Source: a bacterium
Lineage (GTDB): Bacteria; UBA8248
Length of the DNA stretch: 64,000 nucleotides
Assembly: GCA_965203325.1 (NCBI GenBank)
Contig: OZ241875.1
Location: forward strand, 3,072,001-3,136,000
Reading direction: 5' to 3'
In this document: in pieces, positions 9,337 through 20,160 of the stretch
How the letters are laid out: every line of letters begins with the position of its first letter
Position numbering within the stretch: position 1 is the stretch's first letter
Notes under the pieces: generated by a model
Database searches by the model: none
Seen by the model: only the letters and a program-made list of their open reading frames with translations
What the model was told of the DNA's origin: nothing
Program-made: the position numbers and the translations under genes

Positions 9337-11139
9337 CTACTTGTTACTCAACCGCTTCCGTCTCCGTCTGGTTCTGGCCGCATCCACCTGGCCCTGCTCG
9401 TCGACCGCGACGCCGTAGACCTTCCAGGCGCGCTCCTTGGTGATCCACTTCTCCTCCACGTCCTCGCGCACCTTCTCGACGGGCCGCTCGTGCGGCGGGC
9501 CGTAGCCGCCCCCGCCTGTGCAGTAGGACGCCACGTTCTCGCCGGGTTTGAGGATGATGTCCGCACAGGCGGGCAGGTCTTCCAGAGAGCCGTCCTCACG
9601 CATGAGGAAGTTCTTGCACGCCGCCCCGTTCAGCCCGCCGAGCGTGCCTTTCGAAGCGTTTATCGCGCCGTCGGAGACGTAGACGACCTCGAGATCCCCC
9701 CCGCCCACGGGGCCGTATTCGCAATAGCCAGAAGGCGCGCCTATCGTCCGGCCCGCGCCCTCGGTGTCGGGCATGAGCCGCCTCGTCTTGATGTAGATGG
9801 GGAAGTGGAGCTCGTCCAGTTCGATGCTGTCCACGAAGCACATGCCGGCGTTGCCCGCGTGGAGGATGGTGAGCCAGGCGTCGGTCTTGCCCGCGCCCGC
9901 GCCGCCGGTGACCATTAAAAAGAGGTGGTTCACGAAGGGTTCGTTGTCGTTCCTGGGGTCGAAGCCGGAGATGACGCCCATCGACGCCGGGAAAATCGGC
10001 CCGCATTCCGCCAGGCCGATGCCGTCCTGAATCTTCGAGAACGCGCGCTGCACGGGGTTCGTCACGCGGTCGGCGAGGTTGGTGGTGGCCACGGACATCG
10101 AGGTAGGGTGCTTGCCCCCGCCCGCGACCGAGCCATCGCGGATGAGCACGTTTACGCGCCGGAAGCTGCCCGCGTTCGTGGGCACGATGTCGTCGATGCT
10201 GTTGAACACGCCTATCATCGCGCCCGTGCGCGCGCAGGCCTCGCTCAGGTTCAGGCCGCAGGGCATGGCGTCGGGGTTGTCCCTCAAATCCACCTCGATG
10301 GTGGCCTTTTTGTTATCGATCCGCACGTGCGCGGTGATGGGGATGCCTTCCTCCGGTGTGCCGGGTACGGGGTCGTGCGTGCTGTGGGCCGTGGCCTCGC
10401 CCGTGGGGAGTTTTTTGATGGCGGAGACCATGAGCTTCTCGCTGTAGTCGAACCACTCTTTCGAGAAGTTGTGCAGCGTCTCCCAGCCGTATTCATCCCC
10501 CATGGCGAGCACCTCGCGCTCGCCGATTCTGGCCGCGCCAATCATCGCGAGGTAGTCGCCGTACCACTGCTCGGGCACGCGGATACGCATCCGGCAGAAG
10601 TTGATAAAGTCCTCGTTGTCCTCGTAGTTGGTCTGCACCTTGGTGGGCGGGAAGATGAGCGCGCCTTCTTCGTATACGTCGCGCGCGTGGCCCATGTAGG
10701 TGGTGGGCTGGCTGCACCCGCAATCCGCCTGGTGGGCCTTCACCCACACCGTGAACTGGTGCTCGCCCCGCTTGTCGATGACGGGCACGAGGATGGTGTG
10801 GTCCGCCGGGTGCGAGCAGCCGTGGTAGGGCGAGTTGTGGAGATAGGCGTCGCCGCGCTTGAGGTCGGGATGCAAATCCATCATCGAGCGGGCCATCAGG
10901 TCCGCCCCGCTCAGGTGGTGGATGGGGAGCGATTCCGCGCCGGTCAGGAGTTCGCATTCGCGTGTCACGACGGAAGTCGAAAAATCGCGCGCGAGGTTCA
11001 GCACGCCCGAGCGGCCCGTGCGCAGGAGCGTGTTCGCCATCTTGGTCGTCACGGCGTCGAAGCGCTTGTGCAGCACGGCCAGGGTGATGGGGTCCAGTTT
11101 CGTCTTTCGCTTCGCGCGTCTGGTTGTTGCTCTCGCCAT
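9337..11139 (-). CDS. Hydantoinase B/oxoprolinase family protein
   Basis: HNSPYHGCSHPAD, KAHQAD, EEGALIFP, TGGGGYG. Confidence 0.9.
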   Translation of the reverse strand: MARATTRRAKRKTKLDPITLAVLHKRFDAVTTKMANTLLRTGRSGVLNLARDFSTSVVTRECELLTGAESLPIHHLSGADLMARSMMDLHPDLKRGDAYLHNSPYHGCSHPADHTILVPVIDKRGEHQFTVWVKAHQADCGCSQPTTYMGHARDVYEEGALIFPPTKVQTNYEDNEDFINFCRMRIRVPEQWYGDYLAMIGAARIGEREVLAMGDEYGWETLHNFSKEWFDYSEKLMVSAIKKLPTGEATAHSTHDPVPGTPEEGIPITAHVRIDNKKATIEVDLRDNPDAMPCGLNLSEACARTGAMIGVFNSIDDIVPTNAGSFRRVNVLIRDGSVAGGGKHPTSMSVATTNLADRVTNPVQRAFSKIQDGIGLAECGPIFPASMGVISGFDPRNDNEPFVNHLFLMVTGGAGAGKTDAWLTILHAGNAGMCFVDSIELDELHFPIYIKTRRLMPDTEGAGRTIGAPSGYCEYGPVGGGDLEVVYVSDGAINASKGTLGGLNGAACKNFLMREDGSLEDLPACADIILKPGENVASYCTGGGGYGPPHERPVEKVREDVEEKWITKERAWKVYGVAVDEQGQVDAARTRRRRKRLSNK

Positions 11140-11143
11140 ATCC

Positions 11144-13216
11144 TTACTCCTGGAGCGTAATGAACAGACTGCCGCTTCTCGTGCGCTCGGCCCTGGCGCC
11201 GGGGTCGATGACCACCGTCGTGAACGGCGACTCGATGATGGCGGGACCTCGCATCGCCTCGCCCGGCTTCATGGAATCGAACGCCGCCACGCGGGCGTTG
11301 ACGAGTCCCTTGCCCGCGAAATAGGCTTCGCGCCGCTTGGGGAGCGTCGTCTCGTGGATAGCCTCGCGGACAAGCCTGCCGAAGCGGCCCTTTCTCAGCT
11401 TGCACCGCGCCACGGCGCGCCAGCCGACGAACTCGACCTCGGACGACGGGTCGCGGAAGGCGAACACCTCCTCGTGCACCTCGTCGAACGCCGCCCGCGC
11501 GCGCTCCACGTCTTTTTTCGAGCGGAAGCGGTTGATGGGCAGGCCCAGATCGATCTCCCAAATCTGGTGCTTGTAGCGCGCCTCGACGTAGAACTCCGTC
11601 GCACTCTCCACCGCCCCCTTGCCGGGACCCCTGATGAACGCGCGGCATCTGTCGCCGAGCGACTTCAGGGTCGCGTTCGCCCCCTTGAAGTCGAAGCGGT
11701 CCGTTACGGTGAAGAACATCGAGCGGTAATCGGCGTGCAAGTCGCTCATCATCGCGCCCGCCGCCGAGAGCGCGGCGCCGACTTCCGGAATCACGAGGCC
11801 CTGGCAGCCGAGGCGCTTGGCGATGGCGACCGAGTTGAGACCCGCCGCGCCGCCTCCGCCGATCAGCACCGCGCCCCTGGGGTCGATGCCTTGGTGGATG
11901 GTGATTTCTTCAATCGCGCCCACCATGTTCTCCGTCGCGAGCCTGAGAATAGCCGAGGCCGCCTCCTGAAGAGAAAGCCCCAGCGGTTCGGCCACGTCTT
12001 TCAATATGGCCTTCTCGGCTTCGGAAGTGTTGAGCGTCATTGCGCCGCCGAGGAAATAATCCGGGTCGATGTGGCCGAGCACCAAAGATGCGTCCGTGAG
12101 CGTGGGCCGCGCGCCGCCCCGGCCGTAGCAGGCGGGCCCCGGTTCGGCGCCCGCGCTCTGGGGGCCGACGTGTAAGAGTCCGCCCTCGTCCACCCAGGCG
12201 ATGCTGCCCCCGCCCGCGCCGATGCTCTTCACGTCCACGGAGGGGAAGCCCAGAATGTGCCCCCGGTAGCGCTGGCCGAGCCAGGTTTCGGGCGACATGG
12301 GAATCTCGCCGCGGCGCACGAGGCTCACGTCGTAGGTGGTGCCGCCGGTGTCGGCCACAATCGCCGTCGCGGCCTTGGCGTCGGCGCGGGAGAAATGCCT
12401 GCCCGCGATGGGCGCCATCGAAGGCCCCGAACCCACCGAGTGGATGGGCGCATCAGCCAGTTCGCCCGCGTCCATCACACCGCCCTTCGACGTCAGCATC
12501 AGGAGCCGCCCGCCGAAGCCCGCCGCGGCCAGCCGCTCCTGCAGTCCGCCGATATAGCGCGACATCAGTGGCTTGAGAGAAGCGTCGATGCAGGTGGAGG
12601 ACGCACGGCGGTATTCGCGGAGAATCGGATTCAGGACATGGGATAAGGTGTATGGCACGCCCTTCAAGTGTTTTTTCAGCAGGCGTCCCACACCGATTTC
12701 ATGCGCTGGATTCACTGTGGACCACAAGAGGGAGACGGCCACGGCCTCCACCCCTTTTTCTTTGAGCTCCTTGATGATCCCGATGACGCCCGCCTCATCG
12801 AGCGGCTCGTACACGCCCCCGTCGGCGCCGATACGCTCGGGCACCTCGTAGGTGAGTGCGCGCGGGATGTAGGGCTTGGGAAACGGCACCAGGAAGTTGA
12901 ACGGCTCCATGCGCCCGCCCTCGCGCAGCACGAGAATGTCGGGGTGTCCCTTCGTGGTGAGGAAGGCGGTCTTCGCGGTGTTTCCCGTCACGATGGCGTT
13001 GGTGGCGTGTGTGGTGCCGTGGATGAACAGCTCGCCCTGGGCGAGGAGTTCTTCGGTGGTCGTCGAAAGCGCTTCGGCCGCCGACTCGATGGCCGCGAGG
13101 ATGCCCTCCACCGGGTCCTGGGGCGTCGTGGGGGCCTTGAACATGTGGAGGCGGCCCCGGTTGTCCTCGAGCACCAAATCGGTGAAGGTCCCGCCCGTAT
13201 CGACCGCGAATCGCAT
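11144..13216 (-). CDS. Hydantoinase A/oxoprolinase family protein
   Basis: DTGGTFTD, HGTTHATNA, SIGAGGGSIA, GPQSAGAEPGPACYGRGG. Confidence 0.92.
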   Translation of the reverse strand: MRFAVDTGGTFTDLVLEDNRGRLHMFKAPTTPQDPVEGILAAIESAAEALSTTTEELLAQGELFIHGTTHATNAIVTGNTAKTAFLTTKGHPDILVLREGGRMEPFNFLVPFPKPYIPRALTYEVPERIGADGGVYEPLDEAGVIGIIKELKEKGVEAVAVSLLWSTVNPAHEIGVGRLLKKHLKGVPYTLSHVLNPILREYRRASSTCIDASLKPLMSRYIGGLQERLAAAGFGGRLLMLTSKGGVMDAGELADAPIHSVGSGPSMAPIAGRHFSRADAKAATAIVADTGGTTYDVSLVRRGEIPMSPETWLGQRYRGHILGFPSVDVKSIGAGGGSIAWVDEGGLLHVGPQSAGAEPGPACYGRGGARPTLTDASLVLGHIDPDYFLGGAMTLNTSEAEKAILKDVAEPLGLSLQEAASAILRLATENMVGAIEEITIHQGIDPRGAVLIGGGGAAGLNSVAIAKRLGCQGLVIPEVGAALSAAGAMMSDLHADYRSMFFTVTDRFDFKGANATLKSLGDRCRAFIRGPGKGAVESATEFYVEARYKHQIWEIDLGLPINRFRSKKDVERARAAFDEVHEEVFAFRDPSSEVEFVGWRAVARCKLRKGRFGRLVREAIHETTLPKRREAYFAGKGLVNARVAAFDSMKPGEAMRGPAIIESPFTTVVIDPGARAERTRSGSLFITLQE

Positions 13217-13359
13217 TCCTCGCCTCCCGTGCTCATCCGCGCTCTAACCCCTGCGGATGAGGTTTTCGAATCGCTATCTGCCAATGGGTGATGATTTCAG
13301 GCGCAATATATCACTTTCCGGGCGGTGGGATGCAAGGAGGCCGCAGGTGAAAATGCGCG

Positions 13360-14040
13360 TCACGCATCGCGCACGTGGGCGTAATACCGGGCGAGGCGCT
13401 CGGCGGAGACGCCCAGGGCGAAGAGGATGCTCAGCCCCCACCAGATGACGAGGCACTTGGGCTTGCCCCATACGTCGATGCGCCGCCCGCTGGTGACTAC
13501 GGGCGTCTCGATGACGGCCACCCGCCCGAACGCGCGCATCCTGCGGCTCAGGTCCCAGTCTTCGAACAGGGGCATGTCGGCGTAGCCGCCCATGCGCTCG
13601 AAGGCCTCGCGCCGGATGAAGATGCACTGATCGCCCAGGAAGCGTTTCGCGATTTTCGCGCGCGCGTTGGCGCTGAAGCTGATGAAGCGGCTGAAGCGGT
13701 CCTCGCGATCGAAGCTGTGGAGAAAGCCTCCGCCCGCCACGTCGCCCGCGCGCATGACGTCCTCGATTTCCCTGAAAGCTCCAGGCGGCAGCTCCGTGTC
13801 GCAGTGAAGAAACAGGATCGTCTCGCCTTCGGCCAGTGCCGCGCCCGCGTTCATCTGGCGCGCGCGGCCCGGTTCGGACTCGACGAGCAGGGCGCGCCCG
13901 TCCGCCACGGCGCGCGTGTCGTCCGCGCTGCCCCCGTCGGCGAGGATGATCTGCTTCTCCCCCGGCTGGGCGTCGAGCATGTCGAACATGGCGGACAGCC
14001 TGGGCGCTTCGTTCAGCACGGGCACGACGATGGAGATCAT
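13360..14040 (-). CDS. Family 2 glycosyltransferase (TIGR04283-like)
   Basis: ISIVVPVLNE, DGGSAD, GRARQMNAGA, LFLHCD, GDQCIF, FEDWD. Confidence 0.85.
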   Translation of the reverse strand: MISIVVPVLNEAPRLSAMFDMLDAQPGEKQIILADGGSADDTRAVADGRALLVESEPGRARQMNAGAALAEGETILFLHCDTELPPGAFREIEDVMRAGDVAGGGFLHSFDREDRFSRFISFSANARAKIAKRFLGDQCIFIRREAFERMGGYADMPLFEDWDLSRRMRAFGRVAVIETPVVTSGRRIDVWGKPKCLVIWWGLSILFALGVSAERLARYYAHVRDA

Positions 14041-14161
14041 CGCAGAATCCCTCTCTGGAACCGGCATTACTCTAATAAGCGTGGGGGCGATACATTCCAC
14101 GGGCTGTGCTATGATGCCCCATGCGAAGCCATCCGATGAACCCTAACCATTGGAACGGCCC

Positions 14162-15739
14162 ATGTCGATAAGGCGCATCCGTATTTTCCGTCTTCTCCGC
14201 TCGCGCGCACCGGGCGTACGGCGCGCGAAGCATCTCACGATATGTCTCACTCTATTGGCTGCGGTGCTCTCCGCGAGCCTCGTCTTTTCGCTCTCAAGCG
14301 ATCAGGAAGAGGCCATCGCCCTCCTGTATGAGGTCATGGAGAAAGTCGACAATAGTTACACGCGCACCCCCGATTTCCGGAAAATGTACGTCGCGGGTCT
14401 GGAGGGCCTCAAGAAAAGCGCGGGTAAGGAGCGCTTCGATTTCGAGGAGAAGGCGGGAGACGAGGTTCTCCTCAAGGCGGGGGAGAGGGAGTTGCTCGTT
14501 CGCCTCCGGGGAGACACCGTCGGCGGGCTGGGCGGGTTCGAGCGCGCCTACCGGTTCGCCATGGCGAACGCCGGGGATTCGGAGAAGAAAAAAGGCGGGT
14601 TGAGCGTCATGTACGCTGCGCTTTCTTCCATGCTGCGTTCTCTCGACCCTTTCAGCACGTTCGTCACGCCCGAGTCCTACAGGCAGATGCGGGTGGAGCA
14701 CACGGGCCGCTACGGTGGAGTGGGCGTCATCATCACGGTGCGGGAGAAGAGACTCACCATCGTATCGCCCATCGATGACACGCCCGCGCATCGGGCGGGC
14801 CTCAAATCCGAGGACGTGATTCTGGAAATCGACGGCGCCTCTACGGCGGACATGCCGCTCTCAGAAGTTGTGCGCCGCATGAGAGGGCCCGCGGGCAAGA
14901 CGGTGGATTTGCTGATTTCGCGCGTGGATTGGCCCGAGCCCCGCAACGTGACGCTTCGCCGCGCCATCATCAGCATCAAAAGCGTGAAGACGGAGGTGAA
15001 AGAGGGCGGGATCGGCTATTTGCGGGTCACGGCCTTTCATGGCCGTACGACGCGGGAACTCGACGTAGCGCTCAACGATTTGATTCAAAAGAAAGTGCGG
15101 GGGATCGTGCTGGACCTGCGCGACAACCCCGGTGGTTTTCTCCGCCAGTCCGTCCAGGTCTCCGAACGATTCCTGCCCGATGGCAGCATGGTCGTCTTCA
15201 CACGTGGGCGGAGGCGCAGCGAGACGGCCTATTTCCGCTCTAGCGGCACCGGCGTATGGGTGGGGAAGCCTCTGGTCGTGCTGATCAACAAGGGCAGCGC
15301 GAGCGCGTCCGAAATCGTGGCCGGCGCCCTGCAGGATCTGGACCGCGCCCTCATCATCGGCCGGACGAGTTTCGGCAAAGGGTCCGTTCAGGCCATCATC
15401 CCCACGAGGGGCGAGGCGGCAGTCCGGCTGACGACGTCGAAATACTACACCCCGCTCGGCCGCCTGATTCACGAGAAAGGCATTCAGCCCGACGTCGAGG
15501 CGGGGCCTCAGCCGCTCACCAAAAAGGAGATCCGCGAGCGGAGGAGAGAGATGAGGACTTCGCTCTATAAGAAAGAGGAAAAGACGGAGGAGAAGAAAAA
15601 AGACTCCGTCCTCGAACTGGCGTTGGGCGTGTTGAGGGACGCCAAGAGTGCGAACGTGGAAGCGCTTCGCCGGGCGGCGCTTGATGCGCAGCGCCTGATG
15701 CGCAGCGCCGAAGCGGTATCTTCCACAGCTTCTCCCTGA
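14162..15739 (+). CDS. S41 family C-terminal processing peptidase (CtpA-like)
   Basis: LDPFS, PDZ region, DLRDNPGG, SASASEIVAGALQD, FGKGSVQ; start uncertain. Confidence 0.9.
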   Translation: MSIRRIRIFRLLRSRAPGVRRAKHLTICLTLLAAVLSASLVFSLSSDQEEAIALLYEVMEKVDNSYTRTPDFRKMYVAGLEGLKKSAGKERFDFEEKAGDEVLLKAGERELLVRLRGDTVGGLGGFERAYRFAMANAGDSEKKKGGLSVMYAALSSMLRSLDPFSTFVTPESYRQMRVEHTGRYGGVGVIITVREKRLTIVSPIDDTPAHRAGLKSEDVILEIDGASTADMPLSEVVRRMRGPAGKTVDLLISRVDWPEPRNVTLRRAIISIKSVKTEVKEGGIGYLRVTAFHGRTTRELDVALNDLIQKKVRGIVLDLRDNPGGFLRQSVQVSERFLPDGSMVVFTRGRRRSETAYFRSSGTGVWVGKPLVVLINKGSASASEIVAGALQDLDRALIIGRTSFGKGSVQAIIPTRGEAAVRLTTSKYYTPLGRLIHEKGIQPDVEAGPQPLTKKEIRERRREMRTSLYKKEEKTEEKKKDSVLELALGVLRDAKSANVEALRRAALDAQRLMRSAEAVSSTASP

Positions 15740-15787
15740 ACCTCCTCGCATCCCCCGCTGGAATAAAGGAAACGTCGGTTTTTCGCG

Positions 15788-16636
15788 TTATTGTGTGAAC
15801 GCGACGATGGTTCCCACCGCGGCGGCCAGCCCCAGAAGCTTTCTCGCAGTCATCTTTTCGGACAGCCGCCAGGTGGCTAGGATTGTGGTCACGATGAAGC
15901 TCAATTGCACGATCGGCGAGACGATGGTGGCCTCACCCTCCCGGAACGCGGCCAGCAGCGAGGTGTTCCCGAATATGAAGCAGACGGCGGTCGCGAGTCC
16001 GTGCGCCCAGCCTTTTTTCGAGAATTTCGGCCCCCCCTGCACGGCGAATGAGTAGATGTACGCGGTGGTGATGAAGAAAACCGCCTGGCTGTGCAGAAAC
16101 ATGATCGGCGCCACCCCGCCCGAGACGCCGAGCTTGTAGATGAAGTTCACGAGGCCGACGGCCACCATCGCCACGACGGCCCACAGGACGGAGGCAAGCT
16201 TGTCGGCGGAGAAACTCCCCCGGTGAAAATCCGAGAACAGGAAAATGGCGCAGCCGGTGAGGATGAGGCCTGCGATTTTCGGGAGCGTGATGGATTCACT
16301 CAGAAACCAGACGGCGAGCATGGCGGTGACGACGAAACTCATCCGGTAGATGGGCGTGCTGGCGCTCGTCTCTCCGAGCTCCACGCTTCTCATGAAGCTC
16401 CAAAAGCCGATGAATGTAAAAAAAGCGGCGCCGATGCCCAGAAAGGCGGGAGGCGTCCAGACGTAGCTGCCCTCGTAATACGCCCAGATCCACGTGACGG
16501 GAACGACGATGCTCGACTGCGAGGCCGTGATCGTGCCGGGCAATATCTTGTTCCTGACAGCGCGTCCATATACGTAGTCCGCCACCCCGATGAGGAACAA
16601 CGCAAAAAGCGCGAATATGATGAACCTTGGAAGCAA
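15788..16636 (-). CDS. DMT/EamA family transporter
   Basis: About 10 hydrophobic segments in two repeats ending FLSESIT / RLSEKMT. Confidence 0.8.
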   Translation of the reverse strand: MLPRFIIFALFALFLIGVADYVYGRAVRNKILPGTITASQSSIVVPVTWIWAYYEGSYVWTPPAFLGIGAAFFTFIGFWSFMRSVELGETSASTPIYRMSFVVTAMLAVWFLSESITLPKIAGLILTGCAIFLFSDFHRGSFSADKLASVLWAVVAMVAVGLVNFIYKLGVSGGVAPIMFLHSQAVFFITTAYIYSFAVQGGPKFSKKGWAHGLATAVCFIFGNTSLLAAFREGEATIVSPIVQLSFIVTTILATWRLSEKMTARKLLGLAAAVGTIVAFTQ

Positions 16637-17040
16637 CTCGAATTTCTCCCTGGCAAATGCTTCTGGCCGGAATCCGTTTCAGGTGTCATACCCGTTTTCG
16701 GCGGGCGCGTTTCGTCGGTTCAGGAAGATTACGCCGAAACGACCCTCCATTCATAGCGCTGCACCCGCTCGTTTCGCCTGCTCACGCATCCTCGGCCGGA
16801 CCCGCCGTGTGGAGGACAAGGCGCACCGAGCGTGCCCGGGCCTCGTTTTTTTGCTTGTTGTGCAGGCAGGGGCCATCCTGTATATTGCGGCTATATATCT
16901 CGCCATGTTGCTTACGTGAACCGCACCGGAATCAATCCGGGGGAAGGTTCAATCTTTCTTCTCTTGTACGTGCGGAAACGGGTACGTCCCTGCGTCCGCA
17001 CTCTGAGTCCACGGAATCGGAAGCCAGGGAGGATCATGTA

Positions 17041-18297
17041 ATGGCAACGAGATCGACGGATACCCGAAAGCGATGGTTCAGCGTTTCTCGTCCGGCGGTG
17101 ATAATGACGGTGACGGTTTTCGCCCTGATCGCCGCCTTCAGTTCCCCCGCCTTCGCCGCGAAGAAAGACCCCATCAAAATCGGGGTGCTGTCGTTTCTGA
17201 GCGGAAAGCTCAAGCCAATCGGCGATGAGATCACCACGGGCATCCAGACGGCCGTGAAGATGCACGGACCCGTCCTGGGCCGCTCCATCGAGTTGATCCT
17301 CGAGGACAGCCTGGTGAACGCGCAGGTGGCGGTCACCAAAGCGACCAAGCTCGTCCAGAAAAACCAGGTGACGGCGATTCTGGGAACGAGCACGCTGGAG
17401 GCGCTCGCGCTGCTGCCCGTGGCGAATCGCCTGCGCGTGCCCATCATCACCTCGAACAGCGGTTCGGCCGTCATCACGGGCAGCAAGTGCAACTACTGGG
17501 TGTTCCAGACGAACCCCACCCCCCAGATGGCCGTCGTGGCGATGGACTCGCTCATCAACGACACCCCGAAGTTCAAGGCCGCGAAGTGGTTCACGATGGG
17601 CCACGACTACCCCTGGAGCCGCCGGGTGGCGCGCTCGGTCAAGATCGTCAAGGGCGTGAATTACGTCGGTGAGGCGTATGCGCCGCTCGACACCACGGAC
17701 TGGGCGCCGTTCATCGCGAAGGTCCGCGCGTCGGGCGCGACGGCGGTGGTCATTCCGGTCACCCTGGGCACGCCGCTCGTGCAGTTCATCCAGCAGGCCA
17801 ACGAGTTCGGCCTGACCAAGCAGGCGACCCTGGTGGCGCCCATCGGACTGCCGGACTGGCTCATCGCCAAGCTGGGCGAGTTGTCGACCCATATCGTCTC
17901 GGCGGGCGCGTGGAGCGCGTGGCGTCTCGAGGACACGATTCCCACGACCAAGAAGTTCAACGAGCTCTACTACAAGATGCACGGCCGCGTAGCCGGGATG
18001 CAGGCCATCCAGGCGGGCACGGCGGCCCAGCTTCTGTTCAACGCCATCACGAAAGCGGGCTCGACGGACGGCAAGGCCATCATCGCGGCGCTCGAGAAGC
18101 TCGACGTGGAGGCTCCCGCGGGGAGAATGCGCTTCCAGAAGGACGGACGCATGGCGGAGGTTGCGCTGATACTCGGGCGGATCGAGAAGCTCAAGAAGCC
18201 GAAGTACGGCGCCATGTATGCGCAGTCCGTCAATGCGCTTCCCGCGTCCAAGACGCTCGAGCCGGCGAAGAAGCTCGGCTGTAATTTGAAGAAATAG
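17041..18297 (+). CDS. Branched-chain amino acid-type ABC substrate-binding protein
   Basis: Signal peptide ending AFA, PIKIGVL, HDYPWS, PLDTTDWAPFI; GGAGG upstream of 17041. Confidence 0.85.
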   Translation: MATRSTDTRKRWFSVSRPAVIMTVTVFALIAAFSSPAFAAKKDPIKIGVLSFLSGKLKPIGDEITTGIQTAVKMHGPVLGRSIELILEDSLVNAQVAVTKATKLVQKNQVTAILGTSTLEALALLPVANRLRVPIITSNSGSAVITGSKCNYWVFQTNPTPQMAVVAMDSLINDTPKFKAAKWFTMGHDYPWSRRVARSVKIVKGVNYVGEAYAPLDTTDWAPFIAKVRASGATAVVIPVTLGTPLVQFIQQANEFGLTKQATLVAPIGLPDWLIAKLGELSTHIVSAGAWSAWRLEDTIPTTKKFNELYYKMHGRVAGMQAIQAGTAAQLLFNAITKAGSTDGKAIIAALEKLDVEAPAGRMRFQKDGRMAEVALILGRIEKLKKPKYGAMYAQSVNALPASKTLEPAKKLGCNLKK

Positions 18298-18305
18298 CGG
18301 TTGGA

Positions 18306-19172
18306 ATGGATTGGAATTTCTTGTTCGTCAATTCGCTGAACGGGATCATCTACGGATCGTTCCTGGCGCTGACGAGTCTCGGCCTGAGCCTGGTGTTCGG
18401 CTTGGGCCGAGTCGTCAACTTCGCCCACGGGGTGCTGTACGCCCTGGGGGGATATTTCTTCATCATCCTCCTGCCCTCGCTGGGCTGGGGGGCGATGGTG
18501 TTCGCCCCGCTGGTGGTGGTGCCCCTCGCCATCGCGATGGAATGGCTGACGATCGCCCCCATCCGGAACCGGGATGAAATCTACACCCTGCTCGTGACGT
18601 TTGGTCTTTCCTTCATGATCACGGGCGCGATTGAATATCTCTGGGGCACCGAGACGACCCTGATCAAGCCGCCCGTCATCTTCCAGGGGACGGTGGACAT
18701 CCTCGGCAATCAGTTCCCCGTCTACAGGCTCTTCGCGTCGACGCTATCGTTGTTGGTGACGGGGCTGGTCTTCGTCTTCATCCAGTTTACGCCGGTGGGC
18801 CTCAAGATTCGCGCCATCACCGATGACAGCGAAATGGCCGAAGCGCTCGGCATCAACACGCGGTGGCTGCTCACGAGCATCTTCGGGGGCGCGGCCGGGT
18901 TCGCGGCGTTCGCCGGCGCGCTGGGCGCTCCCATCTTTTCCGTCGAACCGGAGATGGGAATGGGCATCATCATCGACTCGTTCCTGGCGGTGATCCTGGG
19001 CGGCCTCGGCCATCTGCCGGGGACGGCCGTGGGGGCGTTCATCGTGGCGCTCGCGAAATCCATCGGCGGGGGCTACATCGCGGAGTGGGCCATCGCGGTC
19101 TTGTTCCTGGTCGTGGCCGCGATCATGGTGCTTCGGCCCAGAGGAGTTTTCGGTCGTGGCCGCATCGCCTGA
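18306..19172 (+). CDS. ABC permease, LivH-like
   Basis: GLSLVFGLGRVVNFAHG, VILGGLG. Confidence 0.9.
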   Translation: MDWNFLFVNSLNGIIYGSFLALTSLGLSLVFGLGRVVNFAHGVLYALGGYFFIILLPSLGWGAMVFAPLVVVPLAIAMEWLTIAPIRNRDEIYTLLVTFGLSFMITGAIEYLWGTETTLIKPPVIFQGTVDILGNQFPVYRLFASTLSLLVTGLVFVFIQFTPVGLKIRAITDDSEMAEALGINTRWLLTSIFGGAAGFAAFAGALGAPIFSVEPEMGMGIIIDSFLAVILGGLGHLPGTAVGAFIVALAKSIGGGYIAEWAIAVLFLVVAAIMVLRPRGVFGRGRIA

Positions 19173-20160
19173 GGTGGAAAACCTGGTGGAAGACGCCTCG
19201 AGGCTCCGTTCGCGGGAAGTGGCGACGCGGGTGCTGCTCGCCGGCTCCGCACTCCTGGTGCTGGCGGTTCCGTTTCTGGGCGCGAGTCCGTTTTTCATCA
19301 CCCTGCTCACCGAGGCCCTGATCTTCGGCATCTGGGCGATGAGCCTCGATTTGCTGGTGGGCTACACGGGTCTCGTCTCGTTCGGCCACGCCGCGAGTTT
19401 CGGTTTCGCGACCTATGCCGCGGGCATATTCGCCATGAACATATCCGCGGATTTTTTCCTCTCGACCATCATGGCCATCGTCGCCGCCGCCGCGGTGGCG
19501 TTTCTGACCGGCCTGGTGGTGACGCGCCTCTCGGGAATCGCCTTCGCCATCCTCACGCTCTGCATCTGCCAGGTCCTGTTTCAGGTATCCGTCGTGTGGC
19601 GCTCGTTCACCGGCGGGCTGGACGGCTTGATCGGCGTTCCGCTGCCCACGCTCTTCGGCCGGGAGGTGGAGCCCGGCGAGGAGTTCTACCTCCTCACCGC
19701 GGTTACGCTCATCGTCTGCTATCTTCTGCTGAGGAGGGTGGTGGAGTCTCCCTTCGGGAAAACCCTGCTGGCGATTCGCGCGAACGAGGACAGGGCGGCC
19801 GCCATCGGCATCGACGTGAGACGGCACAAGCTGGTGATTCTCGTCATCTCCTGGATGACGGGCGGCGTGGCGGGAACGCTCTTCGTCTTCCTGAAGGCGG
19901 GCGCGAACCCGATGACGCTCTACTGGATCGAATCGGGCAACATACTGGCCATCACGATTCTGGGCGGCATCGGAACGCTGTTCGGCCCGATCATCGGGGC
20001 GATCGGCTTCATATTCATCCGCGATCAGGTGACGACGATGTACCGGGCGTGGCAGTTTTCCTTCGGGCTCGCTTTCGTGCTCGCCGTCTTGTTCATGCCC
20101 TCGGGAATCGCGGGCATCGCCGAGAGAATCTGGAGACGACTGTGGCCGGCGCGTTCGTAG
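19156..20160 (+). CDS. ABC permease, LivM-like
   Basis: GYTGLVSFGHAA, SPFGKTLLAIRANE, LGGIGTLFGP. Confidence 0.9.
   Translation: MAASPEVENLVEDASRLRSREVATRVLLAGSALLVLAVPFLGASPFFITLLTEALIFGIWAMSLDLLVGYTGLVSFGHAASFGFATYAAGIFAMNISADFFLSTIMAIVAAAAVAFLTGLVVTRLSGIAFAILTLCICQVLFQVSVVWRSFTGGLDGLIGVPLPTLFGREVEPGEEFYLLTAVTLIVCYLLLRRVVESPFGKTLLAIRANEDRAAAIGIDVRRHKLVILVISWMTGGVAGTLFVFLKAGANPMTLYWIESGNILAITILGGIGTLFGPIIGAIGFIFIRDQVTTMYRAWQFSFGLAFVLAVLFMPSGIAGIAERIWRRLWPARS

Noticed and set aside
9925..12175. Long antisense or alternative-frame ORFs (also 26056-27417, 32071-33441, 50989-52548, 36505-37923)
   Set aside because: Shadow ORFs expected in high-GC coding DNA; no motifs, and they overlap well-supported genes
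16627..17040. 138-aa N-terminal extension of the ABC binding protein (likewise extensions at 19596, 29277, 39079, 49195, 61412)
   Set aside because: Downstream starts have better SD or signal-peptide context, and the extensions overlap other genes or non-coding DNA
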